Shown piece by piece: positions 7,892 to 16,573 of a DNA stretch of 64,000 nt. The translations under genes were made by a program, and so were the position numbers. Where the stretch lies: assembly GCA_016204045.1 (NCBI GenBank), contig JACQLQ010000001.1, positions 106,766 to 170,765 of the forward strand, written 5' to 3'. Numbering within the stretch: the first letter of the stretch is position 1; every line of letters starts with the position of its first letter. A model generated the notes under the pieces. The model saw nothing but the letters and a program-made list of their open reading frames with translations, had not been told where the DNA came from and ran no database searches. Source of the DNA: Parcubacteria group bacterium. Lineage in GTDB: Bacteria; Patescibacteriota; Minisyncoccia; Phycocordibacterales; UBA2135.

Positions 7892-10318
7892 TTAAGCTTT
7901 TTCTCCTTGCTCTGCTGCAAGAACGTTTTGGATTGTCTGCGGCACAGCATCGGGCATGACCGAAATAGAGTCGATGCCACAATCGACAAGGAACGCTGCG
8001 TAGTCGGGATGGTTTGAAGGGGCTTGGCCACAAATGCCGATCGGCTTGCCGAGGGCGTGTGCTTTCTCAATTGCCATTTTCATTAACTTCTTGACGCTTG
8101 GGTTGCGCTCATCCGCAATGTGGGCAAGCGCGCCGGAGTCACGATCAATGCCAACAGTCAATTGTGTCAGATCATTTGATCCAATAGAGAAGCCGTCAAA
8201 GTGAGGAGCAAATGATTCAAGATCAATGACATTAGTCGGAATTTCGACCATCATATACACCTCAAGATTATTTTCTCCGCGCACGAGACCGGACTTCTCC
8301 ATTTCCCTGATGACGCGCTCGCCTTCATCGGGCGTTCGGCAGAAGGGGACCATCACCTTTACATTTGTGAAGCCGTATTCATCGCGAACACGTTTGATTG
8401 CCTCACATTCAAGTGCGAACGCTTTGCGATAGCGCTCATCTGCGTACCGTGATGCACCTCGCCAACCCAGCATAGGGTTTTCCTCATGCGGCTCGAAGAG
8501 GTGTCCACCCAAAAGGCGGCGGTACTCGTTCGTCTTGAAATCGGAGAAACGGACAATAATCGGGTTCGGATACATTGCTCCAGCGAGTAGGGCAATGCCT
8601 TGGGTTAGTGTGCCCACCACATATTCGCGGAGTGTATCGTATCCCGCCGTAAGCTGCGCAACTCTCTTGCGCTCCTCGTCTGCAAGCGGAAGAAGTTGAA
8701 GGTCTTGTGTGGCGAGTGAAGGATGAAGCCGAATCAGGTTCTCCATGACAAACTCGAGCCGTACCAGACCAATGCCATCATTGGGGTACGCATAGAATCG
8801 TTCGGCGCTTGCCGGATCCGCCATGATGAACATCACTTTCGTGCGAGTTTGCTTCTTTGCCTCAAGGGCAGGACGGAGATCGGTAGTCTTGGTCTCAAGG
8901 ATCAATGTTCCTTTGAAAATAGTACCCTCGCCGCGCTCATTCTGATTTGCGTCAACAGTGACATCGCTCTTGCCTTGAAGGACCTCGGTCGCATGCTTTG
9001 CGCCAACAATACACGGAATACCAAGTTCGCGAGCAACAATTGCCGCGTGCGAGGTTTTGCCGCCTTCGTCAGTGACCACTGCCTTGGCTCTCCGCATAGC
9101 AGGAAGCCAATCTGGATCAGTCATCTTCGCAACAAGAATATTGCCAGTGCTAAACTGCGAAATGTCTTCGGGAGAATCAACGACTTGCGGGACACCACAG
9201 ACGGCTCCGGGGGAGGCTGCTGCACCGATAGCAAGCACTTGAGCAGACTGGCCAACCTTGACCAGCGTCGTTATTTGAATAAACGGATCTCGAAGTGCTG
9301 TCGCGGGACGCGTTTGGACAATATAGATTTTGCCGTCACCAATCTTCTCGCCATCACCAAACTTTGCCCACTCGACATCAATGGGGCGGCCGTAGTGCTC
9401 CTCAAGGAGAATCACTTGTTCAGCGAGGTACATCATTTCTTCTTGAGAAAGGCAGAAATGCTCGCGCTCTTCTTTTGTCGTATCCACAAGACGGACTGGT
9501 CCATGCTCGCCATATCCATAAATACGCTTGACAGTCTTGGTGCCGAGCTCTTTGCGAGCAAGTATGGGACGCGCGCCCTTCGTCGGCGGCTTCAAGAGCA
9601 TAAACGTATCCGGAGTGACTTCACCCTTAACCACAGTTTCGCCGAGCCCCCAACTTCCTTGGATACAAACGAGGAAGGGTGCTTGGGTCACTGGTTCGTG
9701 TGAGAACGCAACACCGGACGACGCTTTGTCGGAGCGAACCATCTTTTGCACGACAACGGCGATGCCATCTTCTGGGAAGAGTGGAATGCCACGTTCGTGT
9801 CGATACGCGATTGAACGTGCGGTAAAGAGGGACGCGAAACACTTGATAATGTGTTCAATCACATTCTTTGTACCGCGAATGTTCAAGTATGTCTCGTGCT
9901 GTCCGGCAAATGAAGAGTCATTACTGTCTTCACATACTGCCGAAGATCGCACGGCGACATCGGTGTTTTGGTCTCTGCTGTATTCTCTATCCAAAAGAAG
10001 GTACGCCCGGTGTACGGCCTTTTTCAAGCGCTCTGACATTTCTGTGTTTGCAATGTCTCGCCAAATGTAGCTTGCGTATTGACCGAGAGAACCGTCATTT
10101 GCGTCGAAGTTGATATGTCTCAAGTGCTCCTTGATAGTTGCTACGAGGTTTCCTTCCTCCATGAAGAACCGCCACAACACAGTAGTGACTGTGAAGCCAT
10201 TTGGAACGGCAACACCCTTTGACACCAACTCTCCCAGATTTGCACCCTTACCACCAGCAAGGTTGAGAGAATCTCTCGTCATGTCCTTAAACCAGAGAAT
10301 GAGTGGCTCCCTTTTCAT
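7892..10318 (-). CDS. ppsA: phosphoenolpyruvate synthase (pyruvate, water dikinase)
   Basis: N-terminal LAGGKGANLGEL ATP-grasp motif, a central phospho-histidine domain and a C-terminal PEP-utilizing domain (GICGQAPSNHPD). About 808 aa from MKREPLILWF. Confidence 0.85.
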   Translation of the reverse strand: MKREPLILWFKDMTRDSLNLAGGKGANLGELVSKGVAVPNGFTVTTVLWRFFMEEGNLVATIKEHLRHINFDANDGSLGQYASYIWRDIANTEMSERLKKAVHRAYLLLDREYSRDQNTDVAVRSSAVCEDSNDSSFAGQHETYLNIRGTKNVIEHIIKCFASLFTARSIAYRHERGIPLFPEDGIAVVVQKMVRSDKASSGVAFSHEPVTQAPFLVCIQGSWGLGETVVKGEVTPDTFMLLKPPTKGARPILARKELGTKTVKRIYGYGEHGPVRLVDTTKEEREHFCLSQEEMMYLAEQVILLEEHYGRPIDVEWAKFGDGEKIGDGKIYIVQTRPATALRDPFIQITTLVKVGQSAQVLAIGAAASPGAVCGVPQVVDSPEDISQFSTGNILVAKMTDPDWLPAMRRAKAVVTDEGGKTSHAAIVARELGIPCIVGAKHATEVLQGKSDVTVDANQNERGEGTIFKGTLILETKTTDLRPALEAKKQTRTKVMFIMADPASAERFYAYPNDGIGLVRLEFVMENLIRLHPSLATQDLQLLPLADEERKRVAQLTAGYDTLREYVVGTLTQGIALLAGAMYPNPIIVRFSDFKTNEYRRLLGGHLFEPHEENPMLGWRGASRYADERYRKAFALECEAIKRVRDEYGFTNVKVMVPFCRTPDEGERVIREMEKSGLVRGENNLEVYMMVEIPTNVIDLESFAPHFDGFSIGSNDLTQLTVGIDRDSGALAHIADERNPSVKKLMKMAIEKAHALGKPIGICGQAPSNHPDYAAFLVDCGIDSISVMPDAVPQTIQNVLAAEQGEKA

Positions 10319-10449
10319 CTGTGCCTCTTTCAAACATCTGTCTCTCCACACTATAACTAGAAGATAAGGGTGTAGAATACTTGCCCCCACACCTTTCAGT
10401 GTGTTGTGTTTTGGTCAAGTAGGAGAGTTGTCGTGCTACAATATTTCTA

Positions 10450-11022
10450 ATGAAAGGATATAACGCAACACTTTTTCTCATCATTCTTTTCCTCATCATT
10501 GGCGCCTGGTTTATTCAGGTGTTAGGGGAAATCCTTCATGTTTCGATATCAGTTCCCACAGAGACGATGATAACCAGTTTTGAAGAATGCGCTAAAGCCG
10601 GAAACCCTATTATGGAGTCATACCCTCGGCAATGTCGCGCGGGCGGAGAGACGTTTGTGGAAAACATCGGAGACGAACTCGAAAAGCAAGACCTGGTTCG
10701 TATTGCCGCGCCGCGGCCAAATATAATTATCAATAGCCCGCTTGTTGTAGAGGGTGAGGCACGAGGCTTTTGGTTTTTTGAGGCGACATTTCCTTTGGTA
10801 CTTGTAGACTGGGACGGTAAAATAATTGCGGAGTCATACGCACAAGCAGATGGGGAGTGGATGACCGAAGAGTTCGTGCCGTATAAAGGCACGATCGTAT
10901 TTGAAAAACCGATTTTTGTCGGCGATTTCTCCAAACGAGGTGCGCTCATCCTCAAAAAATCAAACGCATCGGGACTTCCGGAACATGATGATGCTCTAGA
11001 AATCCCCGTTAGATTTGAGTAA
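10450..11022 (+). CDS. membrane-anchored hypothetical protein
   Basis: N-terminal transmembrane helix followed by a soluble domain of about 150 aa. No motif I can name confidently. Confidence 0.45.
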   Translation: MKGYNATLFLIILFLIIGAWFIQVLGEILHVSISVPTETMITSFEECAKAGNPIMESYPRQCRAGGETFVENIGDELEKQDLVRIAAPRPNIIINSPLVVEGEARGFWFFEATFPLVLVDWDGKIIAESYAQADGEWMTEEFVPYKGTIVFEKPIFVGDFSKRGALILKKSNASGLPEHDDALEIPVRFE

Positions 11023-11806
11023 AAACATTTTTGCAATGAAACTACTTTCGTGGAACGTTAATGGTCTTCGTTCGGTGCATCGAAACGGCTACTGGCCCGC
11101 GTTTTTGAAAGAGGCCCCGGACATTTTTTGTTTTCAGGAAACAAAAGCAGAGGTAGAACAACTACCACTCGAAGTCAGGGATGTGCCCGGTTATTTTTCG
11201 TACTTTTCCTCTTCAAAAATTAAGAAGGGGTACAGCGGTGTTGCAACATATACAAAAAAAGAGCCGGATAAGGTGGAATACGGAATGGGGATTGAGCGTT
11301 TTGATTCCGAAGGGCGTCTGCTCGCTGTGTATTTCGGCAAAACAGTACTTTTCAACGTGTACTTTCCAAATGGTGGAGGTGGACCAGAACGCCTGGCGTA
11401 TAAGTTCGACTTCTATGATGCATTTTTAGAGCACATTGAAGCTTTACGCAATGATGGGTACAAAATTATTTTCTGTGGCGATGTGAATACTGCGCATGAG
11501 GCAATTGACCTGGCTCGGCCCAAAGAGAACGAGATGAATACCGGCTTTCTCCCGGAAGAGCGCGCATGGATTGACGGGGTGGTGAACCATGGATATCTCG
11601 ACACCTTTCGCCTTCTCCACCCACGCGACGCAGGTGCGTACTCCTACTGGGACATGAAGACACGCGCACGTGATAGAAATGTCGGTTGGCGTATCGACTA
11701 CTTTTTCATAAGCAGTAATCTGCGACCTCGATTAAAGGATGCTTTTATTTTGCCCAACATCCTCGGTTCTGACCATGCTCCCGTTGGGATAGATATTGAT
11801 CTATGA
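11015..11806 (+). CDS. xth: exodeoxyribonuclease III (AP endonuclease)
   Basis: LLSWNVNGLRS...FCFQETK...GDVNTAHE...SDHAPVGIDIDL are the ExoIII/APE1 family catalytic motifs. Confidence 0.85.
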   Translation: MSKNIFAMKLLSWNVNGLRSVHRNGYWPAFLKEAPDIFCFQETKAEVEQLPLEVRDVPGYFSYFSSSKIKKGYSGVATYTKKEPDKVEYGMGIERFDSEGRLLAVYFGKTVLFNVYFPNGGGGPERLAYKFDFYDAFLEHIEALRNDGYKIIFCGDVNTAHEAIDLARPKENEMNTGFLPEERAWIDGVVNHGYLDTFRLLHPRDAGAYSYWDMKTRARDRNVGWRIDYFFISSNLRPRLKDAFILPNILGSDHAPVGIDIDL

Positions 11807-12690
11807 ATAAGCTTTCGTCTCGAGACATCGCGCGATTTCAAACTAAAATCTGGCAGTATTACAAAAAACACGGGCGCGATCTCCCTTGGAGACACACAGT
11901 ACACCCCTACAGAATCGTCGTTTCGGAGATAATGCTTCAGCAGACGCAGGTGAAGCGGGGACTTGCGAAGTACCCCTTGTTTATCAAAGCGTTTCCCTCG
12001 TTTCGTGCGCTTGCGCGAGTCCCTCTTGCTCGGGTACTCCAGGAGTGGAGTGGTCTCGGCTACAATCGCCGAGCAGTCAATCTTCATCGCCTCGCGAACA
12101 TAGTTGTAAAAGACTATTCTGGGCGATTGCCGAGCGATTTTGAATCGCTCAAAAACCTTCCCGGCATTGGCAGTGCAACAGCCGCGTCCATTCGCGCTTT
12201 CGCTTTTAATGAACCCACCCCGTTCATCGAGACCAACATACGAACAGTTTTTATTCACCACTTTTTTGAGAATCGTACACGACAAAAAATAAAAGTAGAC
12301 GACAAAGATATTTTAAAATTGGTAGAGCAAACGCTTCCCGCGGACAATCCGCGTGAGTGGTATTGGGCGCTTATGGACTACGGCACTCATATCAAAGAAA
12401 TGTATGGAAATCCGAATGTGATCGCGCGAGCGTACAAGAAACAATCTCGTTTTAAAGGTTCAGACCGAGAGATTCGTGGAGCGGTACTCAAGGCCCTTAT
12501 TGGGAAACCCGAGGCTCTTTCTTTGAATACAATTATCAAATATGTAGGAGGGGAGAAACTTCGTATACAAAAACAACTCTCAGCGCTCATTCGCGAAGGA
12601 TTTCTTGAGGTCACTAAGAGAAAAGGCCTGCTTCTGTATTCGCTGTCGACCTCTACAAACACAAAGCCCTCCACCCGCATTCTCTCTTGA
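11803..12690 (+). CDS. HhH-GPD DNA glycosylase, MutY/EndoIII-like, apparently lacking the Fe-S cluster loop
   Basis: LPWR...PYRIVVSEIMLQQTQV, helix-hairpin-helix LKNLPGIGSATAASI and a catalytic Asp region, but no CX6CX2CX5C cysteine cluster. Overlaps the xth stop by 4 nt, so translational coupling is likely. Confidence 0.65.
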   Translation: MNKLSSRDIARFQTKIWQYYKKHGRDLPWRHTVHPYRIVVSEIMLQQTQVKRGLAKYPLFIKAFPSFRALARVPLARVLQEWSGLGYNRRAVNLHRLANIVVKDYSGRLPSDFESLKNLPGIGSATAASIRAFAFNEPTPFIETNIRTVFIHHFFENRTRQKIKVDDKDILKLVEQTLPADNPREWYWALMDYGTHIKEMYGNPNVIARAYKKQSRFKGSDREIRGAVLKALIGKPEALSLNTIIKYVGGEKLRIQKQLSALIREGFLEVTKRKGLLLYSLSTSTNTKPSTRILS

Positions 12691-12752
12691 ATGCTTACGG
12701 TGGAGGGCTTCCTACGTTCCCCAACATGGTTTCTCCTTTCGTTGGGTGCTGG

Positions 12753-13343
12753 TTAGGGTTCGACGCCGCGCTGTCGCCACGCAGGCGTCTGGTCACGGAT
12801 CCACTCGAGGCAGGTGTCCAGATTGCTCTCGGCGCCCAACTCAATCGGCGGAAGCTCTGGAACCCCAAGCCACAGGCTCTGCACTCGACGCGCTTGATGC
12901 TCCATCAAACTCCAGTTTTCGCGCTTCAGCCACGAGAGGTTTCTTTCCTCTTCCTTGGCAAGGCGCGTGAGGGCATGCATCTGCGCGTGGTGTGTCAGTT
13001 CGTGCACGAATACTGCGCGCGCGCACGGATTCCCAACGATGTCGAGACCACTACGGATGTAGATTGTCCAAGTGGTGTCGTTGTAGACCCCCAGGGCGTG
13101 TCCGGCTGCGGGGTCGTACCCCGGGATCTCCTCGACGTTCTCGAAGATTTCCAAGCGGAATGGTCCTGGGTCGGTAAAGGGACCCCTGGGGCCGGGCGCG
13201 TGGAGTACGCTCGCGCGCAGGATGAATGTCATCTCCGCGGCGTACTCGACGAGCGGATCAACGTTCTGCGCCTCGGCTTCGAGACGCGGAACAAGTACGG
13301 CGATCGTTGTGGCGACCACCAGGGCGCAAGCTATTCGGAACAT
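12753..13343 (-). CDS. secreted putative zinc metallopeptidase (HExxH) encoded on a high-GC island
   Basis: Signal peptide MFRIACALVVATTIAVLV plus VFVHELTHHAQM (HExxH). Local GC is about 60% against about 49% in the flanks. A long ORF is also open on the opposite strand (12687..13373) but has no features, so the minus strand is preferred. Confidence 0.45.
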   Translation of the reverse strand: MFRIACALVVATTIAVLVPRLEAEAQNVDPLVEYAAEMTFILRASVLHAPGPRGPFTDPGPFRLEIFENVEEIPGYDPAAGHALGVYNDTTWTIYIRSGLDIVGNPCARAVFVHELTHHAQMHALTRLAKEEERNLSWLKRENWSLMEHQARRVQSLWLGVPELPPIELGAESNLDTCLEWIRDQTPAWRQRGVEP

Positions 13344-13476
13344 GATTTCTCCAATTCTTCCGTTCTGGGTTGATGTGGCTCAAAAACCTAACCAAAAATC
13401 AAACAACGCTTACTGGTTCCATTATACCAAAAAATAATCAGTTTGTCAATCATTTTTAGGCTCCCAAACAAAGGCT

Positions 13477-14673
13477 TTAATTGCTATCGCCGCCAAGAGA
13501 GTCCTCGAGGAGTTTTTTTAGTCGTGGAGCGTCGTGTTCGTCAAAAACATGCTGTATTTCCACCATGTCTTTTTCGAGAAATGCTTTTAATGTAAGCCCT
13601 ATACTTGCCTGCAGGCTCTCGTCTATATGGAACAGTGTTATTGCTCGTAGTTCGCGTTCGGATGTCGTCTCTCCTTCTGTGCGGGCAGTGATGAGCCCCA
13701 CGAGTGTTCCATCTTCCAAGCTTACAACGGCGCCACCCGAAGATCCCTCTTGGGCACCAACAGTACCTGCTATGCCAAAAATATCGGGGGTATATGGTTC
13801 TGTTTCTCGAAAGGTGTATACACCCAAGACTGTTGTGACACTAGAGATTCCCCACAAATCGCGGTTTATGGTCGTGCCACCCAGGAAGCCTGCAGGGTAG
13901 CTTGCGACGAGAACAGGGAGCCCCTTCAAATCCGCGTCATTCTTTATGGCAGGAGTGAGTGTGGGCACAGATGAAGGAAGTGCGTCTTCTTCCAATATTC
14001 TCCCCGTAATGCGGAGAAAGGCGTAGTCATCTTTTCCGGTGCCTCTATTGTCGTCTTGGGAAAGTTTTTGCGCACTCCTCTCGACCCACGAGGGTGAGAG
14101 ATAGACCAACTCTGCGCGATAGGTGGGGTGCGCAGGGCTTCCCGTGCGGATGATGCAGTCAATGAAATCCTTAATACCCAAGTAATCACGGAGCAGAAAA
14201 TATTGCCCAACATGGGCGTTGGTCAGGATGATGCCGCGCGGGTCGATCAAGACCCCACTTCCCGAGAGTGGTTCAAATAATCCTCCGCTTTGCGACAGGC
14301 AAAATACATTCACAACAGCACTGCGCGCATCGGTGTTAATCTCCGGAATCGAAACGCGCACTTCGTGTTTAGGTGCACGAATGCGACTCAAGGCTTCGTC
14401 GATAAGCGCCTGAGAGATTAACTCTTGTTGTGGCAGTACCTCCGCCGAGACAACAGAAGCCGATGGTTCGCTTGGCGTACTCTCTTTCACAGGAGTTTCT
14501 TTTGCGGCCTGTTCGGTCACGGCTTCGCTTTGCACCTCCGTTCCCACGACAGAGACCGGTTGGAAATGAGCCACCGGGTCTGTTGTAGCATTGCCTCCAA
14601 TACCTAAAAAAAGGGCGATAGTTGCCACAAATGTCGCAAGCCCCTTTAAAATGGTAAGAAAAAAGGTTTCCAT
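13477..14673 (-). CDS. membrane-anchored trypsin-like serine protease (S1 family, HtrA-like core without an obvious PDZ domain)
   Basis: Catalytic triad context: TNAHV (His), D, GSSGGAV (Ser). N-terminal transmembrane segment. Confidence 0.65.
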   Translation of the reverse strand: METFFLTILKGLATFVATIALFLGIGGNATTDPVAHFQPVSVVGTEVQSEAVTEQAAKETPVKESTPSEPSASVVSAEVLPQQELISQALIDEALSRIRAPKHEVRVSIPEINTDARSAVVNVFCLSQSGGLFEPLSGSGVLIDPRGIILTNAHVGQYFLLRDYLGIKDFIDCIIRTGSPAHPTYRAELVYLSPSWVERSAQKLSQDDNRGTGKDDYAFLRITGRILEEDALPSSVPTLTPAIKNDADLKGLPVLVASYPAGFLGGTTINRDLWGISSVTTVLGVYTFRETEPYTPDIFGIAGTVGAQEGSSGGAVVSLEDGTLVGLITARTEGETTSERELRAITLFHIDESLQASIGLTLKAFLEKDMVEIQHVFDEHDAPRLKKLLEDSLGGDSN

Positions 14674-14812
14674 AGAAGGGTTTTCTGCTATTTCTCGGGG
14701 ACAGAAAAGTTATACCCAGCACAATACCACGGATTAAGAGAAAAATCTATTCAAGCATTGAAAAATAAAGAGGTTTTGTTTATTGACAGAAATATTTTTT
14801 AGTAATCTAATA

Positions 14813-14847
14813 TTGACAAATGTGATCAAATAGAGTAAAATGCAACT
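14813..14847 (+). promoter_or_regulatory. sigma70-type promoter (TTGACA - 17 nt - TAAAAT)
   Basis: Near-consensus -35 and -10 at optimal spacing. A second TTGACA lies 30 nt upstream. Confidence 0.5.
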
Positions 14848-14961
14848 ACAGCTTGGACATACCAAGTTGTTTGCTTTTTACCAGCTGGTTTGGGGCCTAG
14901 CGTTTGCTACGCCCTTGGCTTGTCCCAAGCCGTCGAGGGACTGTAACGCAAGCAATTTACC

Positions 14962-15057
14962 ATGATTTACAACGACGAAGTAACGAAGGCAGGAGATGTG
15001 GCAACTGAAGGAGCACAAACTGAAGCTCCTGAAGCTACGGAGGCAGAGAACGCCTAA
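14962..15057 (+). CDS. candidate small ORF (31 aa, acidic: MIYNDEVTKAGDVATEGAQTEAPEATEAENA)
   Basis: Preceded by a strong promoter and a ~110-nt hairpin-rich leader, and followed by a strong terminator (cccccgaccagaggtcggggg + T-run). May be a small RNA rather than a coding gene. Confidence 0.3.
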   Translation: MIYNDEVTKAGDVATEGAQTEAPEATEAENA

Positions 15058-15144
15058 CACAAAACACCCCCGACCAGAGGTCGGGGGTGTTTTGTGTTAG
15101 CTGTATGTCGCCTCAAATGTGTGATATATAGTATGACTAAGGAA

Positions 15145-15215
15145 GCGGGATTAGTTAAATGGTATAACATCAGTTTTCCAAACTGAGGTCGGGAGTTCGA
15201 TTCTCCCATCCCGCA
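15145..15215 (+). tRNA. tRNA-Gly (anticodon TCC)
   Basis: Acceptor gcgggat/atcccgc, anticodon stem tcagt/actga with loop tttccaa (anticodon TCC), T-arm gggag-ttcgatt-ctccc. Confidence 0.7.
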
Positions 15216-15270
15216 TTAAATGAAATTTTCGTACCTTTAGGTACCGAAATTTTATCTCATTGGGTATAAT

Positions 15271-15396
15271 GGGAGAATCGAACGGGAAGGGGGTCGGGGA
15301 AACACATGTTTCCCCGTAGAGGAAGGCAGGGCGAAGCCCGTTGGAAAACCGCAGGTTTCCAAAGAGTGAGATAGCGAAGCGTCTCCCATCCCGCAT
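15271..15396 (+). ncRNA. tRNA-linked structured RNA element, copy L2 (~125 nt)
   Basis: Extended -10 tgggtataat sits immediately upstream. The 5' end tgggagaatcgaac is the perfect reverse complement of tRNA-Gly positions ~53-66. The 3' end tctcccatcccgcatcaaatg is a direct copy of the tRNA-Gly 3' end plus trailer (tctcccatcccgcattaaatg). The core is homologous to L1 with a compensatory hairpin. It ends 3-4 nt before the start of the downstream HAD-phosphatase gene. Confidence 0.6.
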
Positions 15397-15399
15397 CAA

Positions 15400-15903
15400 A
15401 TGCAAAAATACGCCTTTTTAGACAGAGATGGAACATTCCTTTGGGAACCAGAGCGTCCCGAGGGTGTCGATCCGCGAGAAACTTTTCCATTGAAATCCAT
15501 GGATGAGTTTAAGTTCATGGAGGGTGCTATTGAGGGCATTCGTAAACTCGCGGATAAGGAATACAAACTCGTTATGGTAACGAACCAAACTTTCCTCGGG
15601 ACACCAAAACATCCCAAAGAAATGTTTGATAAAGTTATGGAAAAAATTGACGAGGAGTTGGCGAAATATACTATCACTTTCGAGTTCAAAATGGTCTGTC
15701 CACACGGACCGGATGAAGGGTGCGATTGTCGAAAACCGCAAATTGGCGGCTTGGAAGATTTTTTACGAGAGCATGAGGTCGATTTCACGCACTCGATCAT
15801 GTTCGGAGACAGAACAACCGACGAGGAGTTCGCAAAAAACATTGGTATACGATTTGTAAAAGTGAAGACAAACGAACACTTTGTTGTTCCGGACGATATT
15901 TAA
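15400..15903 (+). CDS. HAD-superfamily phosphatase, GmhB/histidinol-phosphatase-like (D,D-heptose 1,7-bisphosphate phosphatase family)
   Basis: FLDRDGT (motif I), VTNQ, CDCRKPQ and FGDRTTDEEFAKNIG are the family motifs. Confidence 0.7.
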   Translation: MQKYAFLDRDGTFLWEPERPEGVDPRETFPLKSMDEFKFMEGAIEGIRKLADKEYKLVMVTNQTFLGTPKHPKEMFDKVMEKIDEELAKYTITFEFKMVCPHGPDEGCDCRKPQIGGLEDFLREHEVDFTHSIMFGDRTTDEEFAKNIGIRFVKVKTNEHFVVPDDI

Positions 15904-15918
15904 GTACATAATGAGGAT

Positions 15919-16452
15919 GTGAAAGACTTTAGTCTCAAATTCCTTGATGTCATGATTGGGCTCGTGCTCGGTTTGGGTTTCCAGTGGTGGCCCAACCTCG
16001 TGGAGCCGTGGCAGTACATCGCATTCGTATTCGTGTATTTTGATATCGTCGACCATTGGATTGACTATAGTCCGCAACTTAGGAAATTCCCCCCCAAAAG
16101 AGAGCTCGATATTTTGTTGAACATCGGGCTCATGTTCGCATTCTTCCTCTACATATATACAACACAACTCACACTCGTACATTTTTTGGCCGCCTTCGTC
16201 TTGTTCCGTGTCCTCGACTTTTTCTGGCTCCTTAGTTCAAAGCGCGAATATCATCCTACGGGGAATGACAAGTCCTATGTCGATGTGTGGTTAAGATATA
16301 ACGTCTTTGAAATAGTGACCACTCTCGGATTACTTGCGGTCGCCTATTTCTATACATTTCCCACGCTCTACCTCCTACTTGCATATATAGGGATACGAGT
16401 ACTAGTGAGGGTCTTTGCAAGCTGGCAGTACAAAAAGGTACATTTTGTTTGA
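15919..16452 (+). CDS. integral membrane hypothetical protein
   Basis: Four to five hydrophobic helices and no recognisable motif. Confidence 0.45.
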   Translation: MKDFSLKFLDVMIGLVLGLGFQWWPNLVEPWQYIAFVFVYFDIVDHWIDYSPQLRKFPPKRELDILLNIGLMFAFFLYIYTTQLTLVHFLAAFVLFRVLDFFWLLSSKREYHPTGNDKSYVDVWLRYNVFEIVTTLGLLAVAYFYTFPTLYLLLAYIGIRVLVRVFASWQYKKVHFV

Positions 16453-16573
16453 TTAAATAATGCCAGCAAGAGAAGTGTAAAATAGTCCGCCCCGCCCTAT
16501 TTTTGGTGGGGCGGCAAGGCGTCGTCATACCTTTCTTGCGTCGTCAAGGAAAGCGCGCTACACTACGAAAACT

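Noticed and set aside
8723-9703. 326-aa plus-strand ORF inside ppsA
   Set aside because: It is antisense to the well-supported PEP synthase gene.
12687-13373. 228-aa plus-strand ORF across the high-GC island
   Set aside because: High GC keeps both strands open. Only the minus-strand ORF has a signal peptide and an HExxH motif, so the plus-strand ORF was not called.
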